A stretch of DNA of 64,000 nucleotides. It comes from Vicugna vicugna (taxonomy: Eukaryota). How positions within the stretch are numbered: the first letter of the stretch is position 1; each line of letters opens with the position of its first letter. The stretch lies in the NCBI GenBank assembly GCA_013265495.1, contig MU058038.1:28514-92513 (forward strand), in the 5' to 3' direction. Position numbers and translations under genes: made by a program. Below, piece by piece: positions 1 to 11,062 of this stretch. The notes under the pieces were generated by a model. The model did not search any database and was not told the DNA's origin. It was given only the letters and a program-made list of their open reading frames with translations.

Positions 1-2070
1 GGGGGGGGGGGGGAGTAGGTGCGTCTAAGCCGCAGGTGACCCCGCCGCCCAGCAGTGCAGACGCCGCACCTCTGGTCTGCGAACCTCGCTCTCTCTTTTC
101 CCACCGCCGGCGGTCAGCGTCTCGGCTCTGGGAACTGAGCAGTGCTTCGAATCCACCCCGGAACCCTAGGGCCCGCCCTCCCCTCCGCTCCGAGTGCGCC
201 TGACCCGAGAGCTCCTACCTCTCAAGCACTTTCCTCGCCGCGCCTCCCGCGCGTCCTCGGGGGCAGAGGGGTTTCCTCGCGCTCCTGCCGCCGCCGCTGG
301 TTCTGTTCGTCTAATTTAAGCCCAATAGTTTCACCCCACTTTCACGTTCAGCAGGAAGCGTAGCACAGGCTGACGTCTCAGGTCGTTTGGCTGTTAGAAA
401 ATATCCAACATCAGCGCGTCCAAGCCATGCTTCCCGGTCTGTCCTGAATTCGTCTGGAGACCAGGCCCCGCGGAAATCCGTGGACGGAAATCCGTGGACC
501 ACCCAGGCGCAGGCCGCGCGCACCGCGCCGTTGCTCATCCCTCCCTCCTCCGTTGAGATTCTGCTTGAAGGACAGTTTTGTGTTAGCTTTTACAATGCCT
601 GAAACTTCTTTCATTTGCCTTGTATAGTTTTCCTGTTTAACAGGTGGTGGAGTGCGAGGCTTAACCTAAGACGCGGACGAGGAGGTAAAGGCGGTTTTCA
701 CAGAAGGCCGGTGCCTGGAGGGGTTTTGAGATCAACCTCGGAGCCCACGGCCCGCCGGCAGAAAGCGATTCTCTTTGCTGAGAGACTTTAATGCAGTTCT
801 CTCTCGCTCCCTCTCTCTCTCTCCCTCTCTCTCCCTCTCGTTTCCTTTAGAAGTAAAACTTTATAAGTTTGGAGAAGGACGTGCCATTGTCTCCTGCAGA
901 TGCTTTTCTTCCTGTCTTGGTGAGGTGGTCACCGTGTTTCCTTCACACCTGAAGTTCAAGCACTCCGACCCTGAGGAAGGCGCGGGCAGCTCGCTCGCGA
1001 GACCCCAAGGCGGTGCTCTGCCTTGTCCTGCTTTGGCTCGAGATGCATCGAGGGTGCGACTGGACGGCGCCATCCTCCCCGGCGCCGGAGGACTGAGTCC
1101 CCAAAGAGCTTTGGGTCAGGACATTTCAGGAGATTCCACCCCTCTTCTTTCCTCCCTCGAAGTACGAGTTTTCACCTCCCACGCCGAGCCAGAGGAAGGG
1201 ATCCGCTGTCTTTCGGTCGCGTCCGGCCCACCGCGGTCCCACGTGGGCAGGACGAGGGGGCGGTGGTCCTTTCTCCGACAGGGGCGGAAGGACAGCGGCG
1301 CCCGAGGGAGGGGCCACAAACACACAGGCGCGCTGCGCTGGGCTCCGCAAACCCTACAAGGCGGCCCACGGAGCTTCCCTGCAGCCCCAGCGGAAGGCGC
1401 GCGGGGCTCCAGACCCGGCGAGAGGAGCGCGCCCAGGGGCCCCGGCCCTGCGCCTGCCCTGGAGGACGCGCCCGGAAGAGGGACGGAGCCCAGGAGAAAG
1501 CGCAACGGCGGCCCAACCCCACGATCCGAGGTTCAAGGTGAGGGAGTCGCGCGTTAAACTGATTTCCCCGCCTTTATCGGGAGACTCGTTTGCCCAAGTT
1601 CAGAGTCGCGGAAAGGAGGGATTGTGTAGGAAAAGTCTACATTTGACCGAGACGAAAACAAGAAGTTCTAAGTAATTGGATGTGGGGTCTGAGGAAAACG
1701 GTGTGCCAGAGCCATCTCTGGGCCCGAGCAGATGGAAGGCGGGGGCTGGCACGACCTAAGGCGGGGAAAGGGCAGGCGGCGCAGCAGGTGGTAGGGGGGA
1801 AGACACGGGATCCAGGTGTGGGCGCGGAGCCCGCTCAGCCTTTCGTGTGGGACTCAGCTTTTGGAGAAAGCAAGGAGGGAACGTTCTTTGGGTACAGTTC
1901 TGTTTGTGTGTGTATGTGATGGGGGGGGGGTCTCCGAACCGGCGGCGGGAGTAGCACATACTCATTTCAGATGATCATATTGTTCATTTAAAAAAGTTGG
2001 CTCTCAGCCCGCTGGTGGTCTAGTGGCTAGAGTTTGGCGCTTTCACCGCCGCGACCTGTCGGGTAAGTTC
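1..2070. promoter_or_regulatory. CpG island / promoter-like region
   Basis: Very GC- and CpG-rich; CCAAT near 322, CRE-like TGACGT at 371, 14-bp tandem CGGAAATCCGTGGA (471-498) carrying ETS cores. The long overlapping ORFs look like GC artefacts. Confidence 0.7.
2009..2068 (+). pseudogene. tRNA-Glu(TTC) pseudogene lacking the T-arm/B box
   Basis: CCGCTGGTGGTCTAGTGGCTAGAGTTTGGCGCTTTCACCGCCGCGACCTG closely follows the 5' two-thirds of mammalian tRNA-Glu-TTC (TCCCTGGTGGTCTAGTGGCTAGGATTCGGCGCTTTCACCGCCGCGGCCCG); the GGTTCGATTCC B box is missing. Confidence 0.8.
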
Positions 2071-2879
2071 CTAGTATTGCAGAGGTTTCCTCACCCAGCA
2101 AGTCTCATTTCGTTTCTAGAATGTGATGTTTCTCAAGGCCGACTGCAGAAGTGTATCCATGGAATCCTCAAGCTGGTGAGTTTAGGTCTCAGGGTCTAAG
2201 ACCTCTCCCAGCCTGGGAGTAGGAGTAGGTGACGTGTGATAAGCAGCCTGGCCAGCCCCTGGCACCCTCTCCTTCCCTTCATTCTGGAAACCTAGCATCT
2301 TCTTCTGAGTGTCCACTTAATTGGGACTTGAGTACCTTTCAAAAACAAAAAACTGAAACATACAGCATTATATTCTTCACCTAAATGCACCAATTAACAT
2401 CTTCCCACATTTGCTTTCTCACTCTATCCATATACATGAGTTACTCTACCGTTTGAGAGTAACTTGCAGACATCTCAACTCAAGATCACTGCTTAGGGGT
2501 CTGTTGCTCCTTTCCTTTGGCGAGTCCCTCAAAACCAGTTTCTGCATGAGCTGTCCTCCAAGATCATCGGAAGGTTTTGTCCTCGTGTGGAGGTCCCTAT
2601 TGCCTGGTTTTCTTCTGGCTGTGAAGAAACTTCGGGAGATTAATTTGGCCTTCCTCAATGGTGCAGGCCAGGCGCTCCCTGTGCTTGCAGGAACACGACT
2701 AGGTTGTCATTCCCCCAGCACTAGTTGCCCTCCAGACTCAGCTTGGTTTGTGGTGGGCAGTGGGTCTTGAGTCAGCCTGAGGGCTAGAACTGCTCCGCCT
2801 GGGAGAGACCCTTCAGTGAAGGACAGCCGCCTCCTTGGTTCTTGCCTAACTCTCTGTGTCCTGCTAGACTTTTCTATTT

Positions 2880-3200
2880 TTTGGTTTATAGCATTACATT
2901 TTTATATGTATAGTATTATATTTGATTTCTGTATATACTACAGTACTCTCACCATCAAAGTTTAAATTTCCATCCCTGCCATACAGTCAACTTCCTTTAC
3001 TTGCATCTCCCTACTTCCTTCCTTCCTCCCCACTGTCTTTTTGTATGGTTTGATTTTTACACTTATTTAAACATTAAAAAAAAAGTCCACGTGTGAGTGA
3101 AATCATACGGTTTTTGTCTTTCTTTTTCTGACTTATTTCACTTAGCACAATAGTTTCAAGTCCATCCATGTTATAGTAAATGGCAGGATTCACATGGCTG
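2880..3200 (-). mobile_element. LINE-1 3' end fragment
   Basis: Typical antisense L1 3'UTR text (gtgagtgaaatcatacgg...ttctgacttatttcacttagc...tccatccatgtt...aaatggcaggatt). Confidence 0.65.
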
Positions 3201-3529
3201 CCAAACCTCTAAACATTTCCATATTGTGATTCATAAGGATGAAATACCTTCATTTCTTTCTGATTTAATGATTTTGTTCTACTCTCTGAATTTCCTATGA
3301 TCATGAGTGTATGCTAGGTGACTAAGCTAATAAATGGTGATCAATACAGCACCCTGCATGTTTATGGCCTTAATAAATGTGCTATTAATGATGTCAGTTC
3401 AGAGTCCCTTATGCCTGTGAGGCAGGGTGAGGAAAGAGAAGAGATATCAATACAGTTATATCTGAAACAAAGCAGAATTAAAAGTGCCACAGAGTACATA
3501 GCCATAGAAGGGGCTGCTGGGATGACAGC

Positions 3530-3960
3530 TATGTTACTCCAGATTCTCCAAAAAGCAAATGCTGAGAAGGATAAAATATTCAAGGACTTTATTAGGGAAA
3601 ATACTTGGATGAAAGGAAACTGGAAGGTAGTCAGGAAGGATGGGAGACCTCTTAGGCCATTATTGAAATCTGACCCTGAGTAAGGAAGACAGGAGGGAAG
3701 GTTGGATGGAGGTGTCCATGAAGTCTAAATTTATCAAAGTCATTGTGGAGTCACCAAGCCAAAGTCAGCCAACAAAGAGTCCTGGGTCTCCGAGGAGTGG
3801 GTCTGCCTTAGCATCCCCACTGCACTCAGCTATTGGCAGGGAGCAGCCCATGAGATTTGTAGCCTCAGAGATAGATTTTAAAGCATAGCTAAGTCCTTCA
3901 GTCAGTTAAACTCTATGTATTAGGAAGGTCCATAAGGCAAATTATCATGGCCATAATAGC
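3530..3960. mobile_element. Old MaLR (MLT1-like) LTR
   Basis: Resembles old MLT1 consensus by eye; boundaries approximate. Confidence 0.35.
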
Positions 3961-4055
3961 AGCCAAGCCCAGAATAGATGTAAGTATCATTGATACTACA
4001 CAGAAGTATCATTGATTGGCAAGTATGGCAAATAGAAATAAGAACAATGGTAGAA

Positions 4056-4135
4056 CTGTTGCTTTTCCTTCCAGTTCTGTGAAGGCTACTGTCACTCCAC
4101 CTTCTTTTGCTCTACCTTCAGTTTGAGCTGTAAGT
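4056..4135 (-). pseudogene. PDE4DIP-like exon fragment (second copy of the EHSQE.. exon), with stops
   Basis: QLKLKVEQKKVE*Q*PSQNWKEKQQ resembles PDE4DIP ELEKELEHQKVERQQLLEDLREKQQ; diverged direct repeat of 5205-5280. Confidence 0.65.
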
Positions 4136-4180
4136 GGCAATAAGGAATAAGTAGACCCAAAGAGCCAGAGATGTGATTAC

Positions 4181-4240
4181 CTCTGTGCCCTGCGCTGATC
4201 TCATGAGAGAAGTCATCTTGTTGACAGCATCTTGATTAAA
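4181..4240 (-). pseudogene. PDE4DIP-like exon 3' remnant
   Basis: AVNKMTSLMRSAQGTE followed by donor gtaatc; resembles PDE4DIP LVKKIVSLVRSA...AQGTE. Confidence 0.55.
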
Positions 4241-5156
4241 ACTATTCTTTTTCTGATAAGTATGGCATTGTTTCTTGCTGAAGGCTGCATGGAATGTGAG
4301 CATGTACAACAGTGGATGAGACAGAGGGCTGGCTCATGTTGTGGAAGGCAAGGAAAGTAGGAAGAGTGGATAGAGGGAAGACATGACCAAACACTTCTTT
4401 GTTTCTTTTAATAAAGCTATATGTATGAGGATTGAGTTGCTGTGGGCAGATCCATGTTTCCCTTGAAGACAGGGGAGAGTAGACTGAGAAGGAATACTCA
4501 GAGAATAAGAGAAGGGCTAAGAATGCCCTCTCAAGAAAGCAAGGAAGATTGAGTCCAGAGTGATGGGAGAATGCAAAAAAAAAAAAAAGATGCACATCAA
4601 ATGGAATAATAATGCATGTGAGTCATTTGTACATTTTAAAGCACCCCAAAACACAAGAGATAGATCTTACAAATAATGAATATGCATTACCATTATTAAT
4701 TCAGTGATTCTTATGTTGCTTGACATTAGCTCACTATCTCACTGAATGCTTCTTTCCAACAACCGTATGATATAGATTTTAAAAAATTATACTGTTACAG
4801 ATGAGGAATATGAGACTGGCTTAAATGCCTGAAAGCCTACATTGTTTGCTTAAAGCAAAAATCAAAAAAGTAGTGGTAAACTAGAACCTTCTGCAGATAG
4901 TGGGGAGCAAGAAGCTATAAATAACAAAGGCTTATGACACCTTATTGAGTCTTTGGGGCCAGATGTTTTTAAAATGTCAAAATTTGTTATTCTTTTAAGA
5001 AAATAATATAAAGCACAGCCTTTATGTTATATAACCCCTCCAGTGAGGACTGGGACCGTATCCCACAATCAAGTCCATATATTGGATTCTAAAAATGTAG
5101 GCATCACTTGTCTTGCCCTAGTCACTTCGAGCTCATGAAACGAGGACAACTTCATC

Positions 5157-5340
5157 TGGAGTCGTTATTTAGAAGGACAAGCATTCATCCCGGAAATACA
5201 AGTTCTCCTGCTATTTCTCCTTCTGGTTCTGTGAAAGCTACTATCACTCTTTCTTTTGCTCTACCTTCAGTTTGACCTCTTGAGGCTGGGGCTGAGACAA
5301 TAGCAGAGCCTCCTCAGGAATTCCATCTCCTTGGAGTGTT
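5157..5340 (-). pseudogene. Disrupted PDE4DIP-like exon
   Basis: EHSKEMEFLR/EALLLSQ...KEK*QENLYFRDECLSF../NDSR vs PDE4DIP EHSQETESLREALLSSR...REKQQEVLHFREERLSLQENDSR; frameshifts, several stops, acceptor reads CG instead of AG. Confidence 0.8.
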
Positions 5341-6995
5341 CGGATGAGCCCGGGTTGGGATGGGGATAAAGGAGGGGGAATTTGGGTCCTCTGTATTGCA
5401 GTGCTATCAGCTGGAAGATGAGCCCAGTCACACCCACAGTGGCACTGAGATCTGAAGCAAAGGTGGAGGGAAGGCTCACTATTGGTATCTGGGGTGGAGC
5501 TGACCATGAGGGCCATATAATGGTCCTTGGGGTGACCTGCACTTATCTGGGTTCAGTGCAGTAAGAGTGACACATGAATTCTAGGAAACTAAGCTTAGTG
5601 CTCAGGCATCAGGAGGATGTGTCAGGTATATCTGTGGGAAGTTGACGGGGGTTGCAGGGAGCTGTTGAGATGGTATGGGTGCCTCTATGATTTACTGATA
5701 AAGGTCACATCCAGTAAAGACAAGCACACAAAAACTTTGCAATAAACTATTTAAAGACTAAGCCATGGGTACCAGAGAATCATAGAACCCTGCAGTTGGC
5801 CTGTGCCTAAGGCACCCAGTTAGCAAGCTCTCTTTTCAGGAACTTTCTCTTCATGACAATACACCTGCTCTGGTCCTGAACGCTTCCGAGGACAGAGAGG
5901 TCTCTCCACCGCAAGGCGTGCTGCTTCTGTTCCTGGACAGTTCTGTGTGGTAGAAATCACTCTCTCCATCAAGCCCACAGAGGCCTCCATGCTGCTTTCA
6001 CCCACCAGGGTCCGTTCTGCCCTCTAACTCCATAGATAACCTGATTTCATTCCCATGGAACATGGCAGCTGTTCCAATATTTGATGATACTGTATTTATA
6101 GTCTTTTTTCCCCCTCAGGTACCTTTTCTAATGAACTACTCCATCATCCTCTGAAAACTCTAGCAAAACTATGTCTCTTAGAAAAAAGTTTGCATCCAGA
6201 AAGTCTCTTAAATCTAAGCTATGCCATGACCAATGAAGAGCACAAGGGCCTAAGTTTTACCCTTGACTCAGCTCTCTGGGCAGTTCCTCTGACTGCTGAG
6301 TCATTAACATGGCTTAATTTACTCCTGATGAGCCCATTTGGGTTATCAGTGCCCACCTTTTCTACGTACTCACATACCATCTATTTAACACCAATCCATT
6401 CTTAGTTTGAAAAAGATCAAAATAAAATTTACCCATATATATATTAAAATACATTATTTAAAATCTTGACAATGGCTATTTTTCAGGCTTGAGGCAACTC
6501 TGATCTTCATGACTTTGAGAAGAAGTTTCTGTCATTCCCTTGAATGGAGTTTACCTGGGTCTGACAAATGGTCTTCATTTAAAACACTCAGATTTTATCC
6601 TACTATATTTTCACATGTGATAGTTTTTCTGTTCTAAGCATGAAATAGGGATCAAGGAGTCCCACAGCCCCACTCTCAATAGCTCTGACCTTCTCCCAGC
6701 TTTAGCCTTTCGAGTCTAGTTCTCTGAAACAGAGATAGCTAATAGAGAAAAGCCATTTTTCCTTTAACCTTTTCTATGAATTTCAGGTCATTCTGAATTT
6801 TATTTTTCCCTGCACAATCTTTATTTTTATAGACAGTTAAAAAACAGATGTAAACAATTTTCAAATAATAATTTATTAATTTTGATCCATTTGTTTAAAG
6901 GTAATGTTTGATGCCTCCAAGTTTATACCCACAAATGCTGTTGGATAGGGCTGGGGAATCTGGAGAACACTGCTCTGGACCCTCCAGGTGGCACG

Positions 6996-7075
6996 TCAGA
7001 AGATGACCTGATCAGAGCTGGAGAAGTGACGCTGAGTGTGTGCGAGAGAGACATCTGGAGGTGACGGCGCGGTGT
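6996..7075 (-). CDS. PDE4DIP-like candidate terminal exon (coding part)
   Basis: Acceptor ccctag; DTAPSPP resembles PDE4DIP DSAVSPP; TGA at 6998-6996; minus-strand AATAAA at 6872-6877 and 6820-6825. The ancestral-like SPAL.. text continues in another frame. Confidence 0.5.
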
Positions 7076-7807
7076 CTAGGGAGGGAGAGACAGAGCAGCG
7101 ATGAAGCCTGGAGAGGTTTCACCAGTCGCTCTTCACCAGTCGCTCCAAAGAAATCGCCATCACTCCCCTTCCTTATTCACACTCAGCTGGAAGTGGGGAA
7201 GGCAGAGAGAGAGACGCCAAGCTGGTATTCAGCTCACAGACAGTGGTTAGTGCAAAGATGGGGGAACGGACTTATACAAGAAGTGTGAATTTCCCAGTGC
7301 TATTCACCAGTAGAGCTTGGGGTCTAAGGGCCTATAGGTGGAACCTCATAAGAAGCAACCTCATCTAGACTGGGCCACATGGGTCTGGGCAATTTTTGTA
7401 CTTGCCACCCTCTTTTCTCTGCTTCTGCAGCTGGGTATTGCTGTGGAAAGGAGGGACATAGAAGTGACCAAGCTCGGGTTTTGCCCTCCGTAAGCCTGAA
7501 AACTCCAGCTTGCTTCCCTAAAGGCTCTTTCCTTGTTGTTGAGCTAAGGCATGGACTCTGGGTTCTACCCATGGAAGCCAAAAGTGGATACTGTCTCAGG
7601 AAATAAAAACAACCTAGACAAGTCGCACATTTGGGTAACAGATGCTTTCAAAGATATACTTTCCTGAATCCACCAAAGCGTCAGCCCCAGCCAAGCAAGA
7701 AATCTGAGAGCCTCATGCACCAGGACAGGAGTGTGTTGTGGCTGAGTCACACCACGATGGGCCACACACTCACGGGCAATGGCTGCGGCTGTGGAACAGG
7801 GCCTTAC

Positions 7808-7867
7808 CCCCTCCCCGCAGGTTGCTGCTGTGAGGTATTAGGGGCCCTAGATCCCATCCTTCTGATC
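7808..7867 (-). CDS. PDE4DIP-like 60-nt exon (phase 1-1)
   Basis: cttgtcag acceptor and gtaagg donor; open frame GSEGWDLGPLIPHSSNLRGG, weakly similar to PDE4DIP ..IPLSSDL.. Confidence 0.45.
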
Positions 7868-8039
7868 CTGACAAGGGAGAAGGAATGTGGAAGTACTGGT
7901 TTCTAAGTGAGAGCATCTGGGTGGCAAGTGTGGGAGTACAGGCTGTTCACATAGGGGAAGCGGCAGGTGCTATCCAGGGCACGTGGTAGTAATGTGATGG
8001 TGAGACGTGGTCCTCCCTCTGCTGAAGCGGGCACCATGG

Positions 8040-8159
8040 GAGCCTCAGCTTTACTGCCTGCCAGTCAGGCCACAAGCCCAGAGCCAGCACCCGGTGGTAC
8101 AGGGAGTTACAAGAATGGGGATCACATCAGACAGCCCTGAGGGTGAGAACTAGCCCTGC
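8040..8159 (-). pseudogene. Degenerate PDE4DIP-like exon (GSTSNFYSQG.. position)
   Basis: Acceptor ttaccag then GRASSHPQGCLM*; position and first residues fit, but there is an in-frame TGA. Confidence 0.4.
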
Positions 8160-8348
8160 CTGGTAAGCCACTTGGTGTCTTTATTTACAAATTAAGGACA
8201 ATAGTGCCTGCCCTGCTTCCCTCTCTGGGCTGATTGTGAGGAAAGGTGAAGTAGTGCACACCAATGTGCTTTATAATTGCAAACCTCTACGCCCTTGTGG
8301 GACTCCCTAGATGTGGACAGAACCAGGAGGTTTTGGTGCCTTTCCTAC

Positions 8349-8480
8349 CCTTTCCTTGGTCAGCATTGCTGAGCACGTGTTCCAGCCTCTCTCGCAGGCG
8401 GTCATTGATGAATACGGACTCCTCCAGGCGCTGGCGCAGGTTCTGGATCTCAACCAGATTCTTTTCCAGCAGCGCGGCCC
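8349..8480 (-). CDS. PDE4DIP-like coiled-coil exon (132 nt, phase 1-1)
   Basis: GAALLEKNLVEIQNLRQRLEESVFINDRLRERLEHVLSNADQGK vs PDE4DIP GADLLEEHLGEIRNLRQRLEESICINDRLREQLEH; caacag acceptor, gtagga donor. Confidence 0.85.
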
Positions 8481-9767
8481 CTGTTGCACACCACCAAGAC
8501 ATGGGAGAGGTAGGAAATGGGGAAGGCTGGTCACTCACGGGCAGGTGGGAGGGTGGGGGACCTGCCCAGACTCTGTCAGATTCCTGCCCAAAGCTATACT
8601 TCTGTCAGCTTCCTCCTCTCACCTGGGCACCCAGGAAGCACCAGGCAACTGTGTTTAAAGGGCTCGCGGGCTTTCTGTCACAAGCTAGCCCCCTAAGGAA
8701 AGTCCCCAGGACCTCATCCCAGACAGAGGCTGCGCACACCTGAGGGAGACGGACGCTGGACTGGAGAACAAGGGTGAGAAACTGGTAAAGCCCTCTAGGC
8801 GGGGCTGGCCTAACGATGGGCAAGCCCATCCACCTCCTTCTGCAGCAACCAGAGGGCCTCCCTTTCTACCTCATACCTCTCCTACCTGACGACCCACCGC
8901 TCAACAGCCTTTACAATTCACCCACTAACAGAAAGACTGAGCTAAATGCACAGGAAATTAGATCAGGCTATGAATAATGAGTGATATGGTGAAAAGTGAT
9001 AAGGAAGAGCCTGGGGAGGTGTTAGGATGTGGAAGAGGAACAAGAGAGAAGGGAACACCTTTAAGGAGGAAAAAGATGCCCAAAGGGAATGGGAAAGAGA
9101 CCAAAAATAGGTTTCATCCCCCAGGACATCTTGATTAGGGCCAGGTTTTTCTCTGAGAATTTCAAATGTTATATTGTTATACTACCTGCATCTCAGAACC
9201 TGGGCTGCTTCACAACCCATTCCTCTACATGGCTGTGGCCCAAACCTCTGGGAGCCAGGATGTCTGGCTCCAAATCCAACAGCAAAGTTTGAGAGGCAAG
9301 ATTGGCTTATAGTTGTATACAAAGTGTGTGTGTGTGCATGTGCGCACACGCGCAGAAGTAGTCTCCCATCCTGCAATAGCTCTTGACCTAAGGAAGACCT
9401 CCCCAAGGAAGTCAGCGCTTGAAATTCCAGAACAGTCTAAATTGAAGCTTAAGAAGGTTGTATCACCGAGAAAAGGGAGCACGCAATGTGAGGCAACTCA
9501 TCTTCCCTGCAGAAGGCCTCAGGATGCCCCTGACTTCCTTTACTCTCCTGCCCAGAGTGAATGCCTAGCTAAGGAAGTGGGAGAGGCAGGCAGAAGCACC
9601 AGGACTGGGCTGGGACCTCGCTCTCTGGCAGAATACTGCCCCTCCACCTTCTCACCCACTTCTGTGAGCCAGGGTCTAACAGAGAAACAAAAAACCGTCT
9701 GACCAGGAAAGGAATGTGTCATTCCTGCCAACGGACTCTGCTTCACCACCTGCTCATTGTGTTTTAC

Positions 9768-10001
9768 CAGAGGGCTTAGAGTCAGGCCGGTACAGAGAGG
9801 AGAAGGAGGACAGGTTCCCAGATGCATTCATCTTCTGAGGCCTCATCTCATCCCATGGGCCACTGCTGCCATGACTCCCAGGATCTGGTGTCCCACTCAG
9901 CTGTGTGGCGCCACTCAAAGGAGAGAAGGGCTGGGCAGACACGGCTTCTGAATGGTTGCTGTGCAATAAAGCTGAATCAGCAGGAGTGGCTGGGCTGACA
10001 T
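9768..10001 (-). CDS. PDE4DIP-like exon (234 nt, phase 1-1)
   Basis: ..SAQPFSPLSG..GSSGPWDEMRPQKMNASGNLSSFSSLYRPDSKPS vs PDE4DIP ..SAQPHSPPRG..GSSGKWDVMRPQKGSVSGDLSSGSSVYQLNSKPT; ggacag acceptor, gtaaaa donor; open frame. Confidence 0.85.
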
Positions 10002-10069
10002 CTGTCCAGGAGGGATATGAATGAGAAACAAATGGGAGAGTCAGAAACGAAGTGCTTTACAAATAATTA

Positions 10070-10497
10070 TGCTGGGCTGAATAGCGTCCCCCCAAAATCC
10101 ACGTCTACCTGGAACCTCAGACCATGGTGACCTTACTTGAAAGTAGGGTCTCTGCAGATGTAATCAGTTAAGATGAGATGATACTGGATGAGGGTGGATC
10201 CTAAATCCAACATGACTAATGTCCTTATAAGAAGCGAGGAGACACAGAGATAAAGAGACACACGGAGGGAGAAGACTATGTGACAGTGGAGGCAGAGACT
10301 GGAGTGATGCATCTGCACACCAAGGAGCGCTCCTAGCAACCACCAGAGGTCAGGAAGAGGCGAGCAAAAGGGAGCTGGCTCTGCTCACACCTTGATTTCA
10401 GACTCCTAGCCTCCAGAACTGTGAGAGAACAAGTTTCTGTTGTTTTAAAACATCCAGTTAGTGATACTTCATTCCAGCAGCCTTAGAAAATGAATAA
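10070..10497 (+). mobile_element. MaLR LTR (MLT1A/B/C-like)
   Basis: tg..ggctgaat..gtccccccaaaat...gtgaccttacttgaaagtagggtctctgcagatgtaat...cctccagaactgtgagag...gcagcc, typical MLT1 text. Confidence 0.8.
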
Positions 10498-10851
10498 AGG
10501 AATCCATGGAATGAAGACTAAGGCGGGTACCAGTGACCCCACGCCTACTGCTGAGTATTAGCTAAAAACTTATTTTCCAAGGACTGTAAGTTTCACCCCA
10601 AGGTTACTGGCATTCCCGGCCTATGATACCAAGAAGTAGCTATTAGATGTGGTGTCTGAGGGTCACAGTGCACACACAGGAAGAGGAGTGGGGCCCCCTC
10701 CTAGCTCCCTCCGTGGTCCCGTGCTGGAGTGATCCCAGGGAGATATTTCAGAAACGTGTCCTCCAACAGCAGGACTCATTGCCAATCTTCGAAGTCCTGA
10801 GAGGAAGGATGTGAAGCAATTTGCTGGTCTGTGAACCGGTGATCTACTCAC

Positions 10852-11062
10852 CTGCAGTCTATGCCCTTGCAGCAGCACAGCGGCTGCTCCTTCCTGAGAC
10901 TGTTCTGTATTGGGGTTGTTGGAAGAGGAAGGGGAAATGGCTTCCACTACTGGCCGATGCGCAGAAAACCTAGACAGGGTTTTCTCACTCCTCCTGCCTC
11001 AGCTAACTCTGGATGCCGATGAGGCTGAGGGAGTGTCTGAGGCAGGCAAGTGGTGATTTGCA
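10852..11062 (-). pseudogene. Degenerate PDE4DIP-like exon
   Basis: DANHHLPASDTPSASSASRVS* resembles PDE4DIP DSIHHS..SSKPSSTSASQG; acceptor reads GG instead of AG, in-frame TGA; donor gtgagt at 10851-10846. Confidence 0.5.

Noticed and set aside
1..13. Poly-G run at the window start (also 1921-1930)
   Set aside because: Simple homopolymers, possibly of unreliable length; no function can be inferred.
775..1557. 260-aa ORF and overlapping ORFs in the first CpG island
   Set aside because: Non-ATG start, includes a CT microsatellite, low-complexity G/P/R/A composition, open in several frames; typical of GC-rich DNA with few stop codons.
5820..6005. Minus-strand ORF VGESSME..ERVISTT as another PDE4DIP exon
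   Set aside because: Only a faint likeness to PDE4DIP VGEST..ERLLQSTT, out of order and without clear splice sites.
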